64,000 bases of DNA, taken from Candidatus Multivoradales bacterium. Lineage in GTDB: Bacteria; Acidobacteriota; Thermoanaerobaculia; Multivoradales; JAHEKO01. Both the position numbers and the translations under genes were made by a program. The stretch spans positions 2,944,001 through 3,008,000 of the forward strand of contig CBDCXM010000009.1 of NCBI GenBank assembly GCA_965223855.1. Reading direction: 5' to 3'. The notes beneath the pieces were generated by a model, which was not told the origin of the DNA, ran no database searches, and saw nothing but the letters and a program-made list of their open reading frames with translations. Shown piece by piece: positions 63,359-64,000 of this stretch. Position 1 is the first letter of the stretch. The number at the start of each line of letters is the position of its first letter.

Positions 63359-64000
63359 TCAGCCGACCGCTTCCGCCCCCGGCTTGACGATCCATCCTTC
63401 GCCCTCGCGGCCGCGAAGGACCGTCGTCAGCGGCTCCTCGAGAGAGACGTGCCGTACGAACGCGGTTTCCGCCTCGGCGTCACGACCGTCGAGCCAGTCG
63501 AGGTCGAGGAAGTCTCCGCTCTGCGCCTTGCCGACGCTTCCGGGCGGCATGGTGAAGTAGCCGATCCGCAGCGAGGTGATGTTCTGGAAGAAGTGCGTCC
63601 CCTGCGAGGGCTCGACCTGGTACTGCGCCGGCGAGGCCTCGACGATCGCCCGCACGCCGGCGATCTGCGACCACTGCACCGGGATGCCGAGCCACTCATC
63701 CGAGCTGCCCCAGCGCCCCGGGCCGATCAGCAGGAACGGGCGTCCGGCGGCGTGGAGCGAGCGGTTGAGTTTCCCGATCTCGCCGGCAATCGTGCGATTG
63801 CGGCTTGCCTCCCAGGTCTTCGGCTTGACGTAGATGACGTCTCGAATCGCCTTCTCGACACCGTGACCCAAAGCGTTGGAGCACCGGCACAGCAGATCCT
63901 CCTCTCTGAATTCGAGGGCAGGAGGGGAGGCGGTCGTCGGGCGCGCGGTCATCGGCCGTACCTGGAGCGCCACCAGCTCCGGGTTGCACCACACTCCGCC
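63359..64000 (-). CDS. C-terminal part of a PEP/pyruvate-binding-domain (PEP synthase-like) protein, truncated by window edge
   Basis: Frame open to 64000; LQVRPM, ALGHG, LIGPGRWGSSD.WLGIPV.W, PSQGTHFFQNITS. Confidence 0.75.
   Translation of the reverse strand, partial: GGVWCNPELVALQVRPMTARPTTASPPALEFREEDLLCRCSNALGHGVEKAIRDVIYVKPKTWEASRNRTIAGEIGKLNRSLHAAGRPFLLIGPGRWGSSDEWLGIPVQWSQIAGVRAIVEASPAQYQVEPSQGTHFFQNITSLRIGYFTMPPGSVGKAQSGDFLDLDWLDGRDAEAETAFVRHVSLEEPLTTVLRGREGEGWIVKPGAEAVG

Overview
A GC-rich, gene-dense chromosomal window made almost entirely of core housekeeping genes. Content in order: the bamA-skp-lpxD-fabZ-lpxA envelope cluster, mtnP-surE-pcm, tRNA-Arg(CCT), cinA-plsY-gpsA-guaA, nnr-tsaE, phoH-ybeY-era, mgtE-recO-glyQS-ppdK-pdxH, mutL-rnc, asnS, rimO-ribF-trxA and, on the minus strand, an M23 peptidase followed by secA-guaB. 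Tandem VWFA-related exported proteins and a sulfatase-like lipoprotein suggest Acidobacteriota (inference only). I see no integrase, transposase, prophage, CRISPR array or defence island. Most worth a second look: (1) a secreted S1/P1 nuclease + CNT nucleoside transporter + ZIP zinc transporter operon, a possible nucleic-acid scavenging module; (2) a secreted SGNH esterase with a C-terminal dockerin-like domain, coupled to an unknown secreted protein; (3) two ORF-poor intergenic regions with nested rod-like pairing, candidate ncRNAs or miniature elements; (4) repeated -10 boxes 6-7 nt upstream of start codons, suggesting leaderless mRNAs; (5) a GnnA-like dehydrogenase overlapping lpxA. Single-base frameshifts in lgt and the second VWA gene look like sequencing errors. 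All protein calls rest on motif recognition by eye; no database searches or folding calculations were run.
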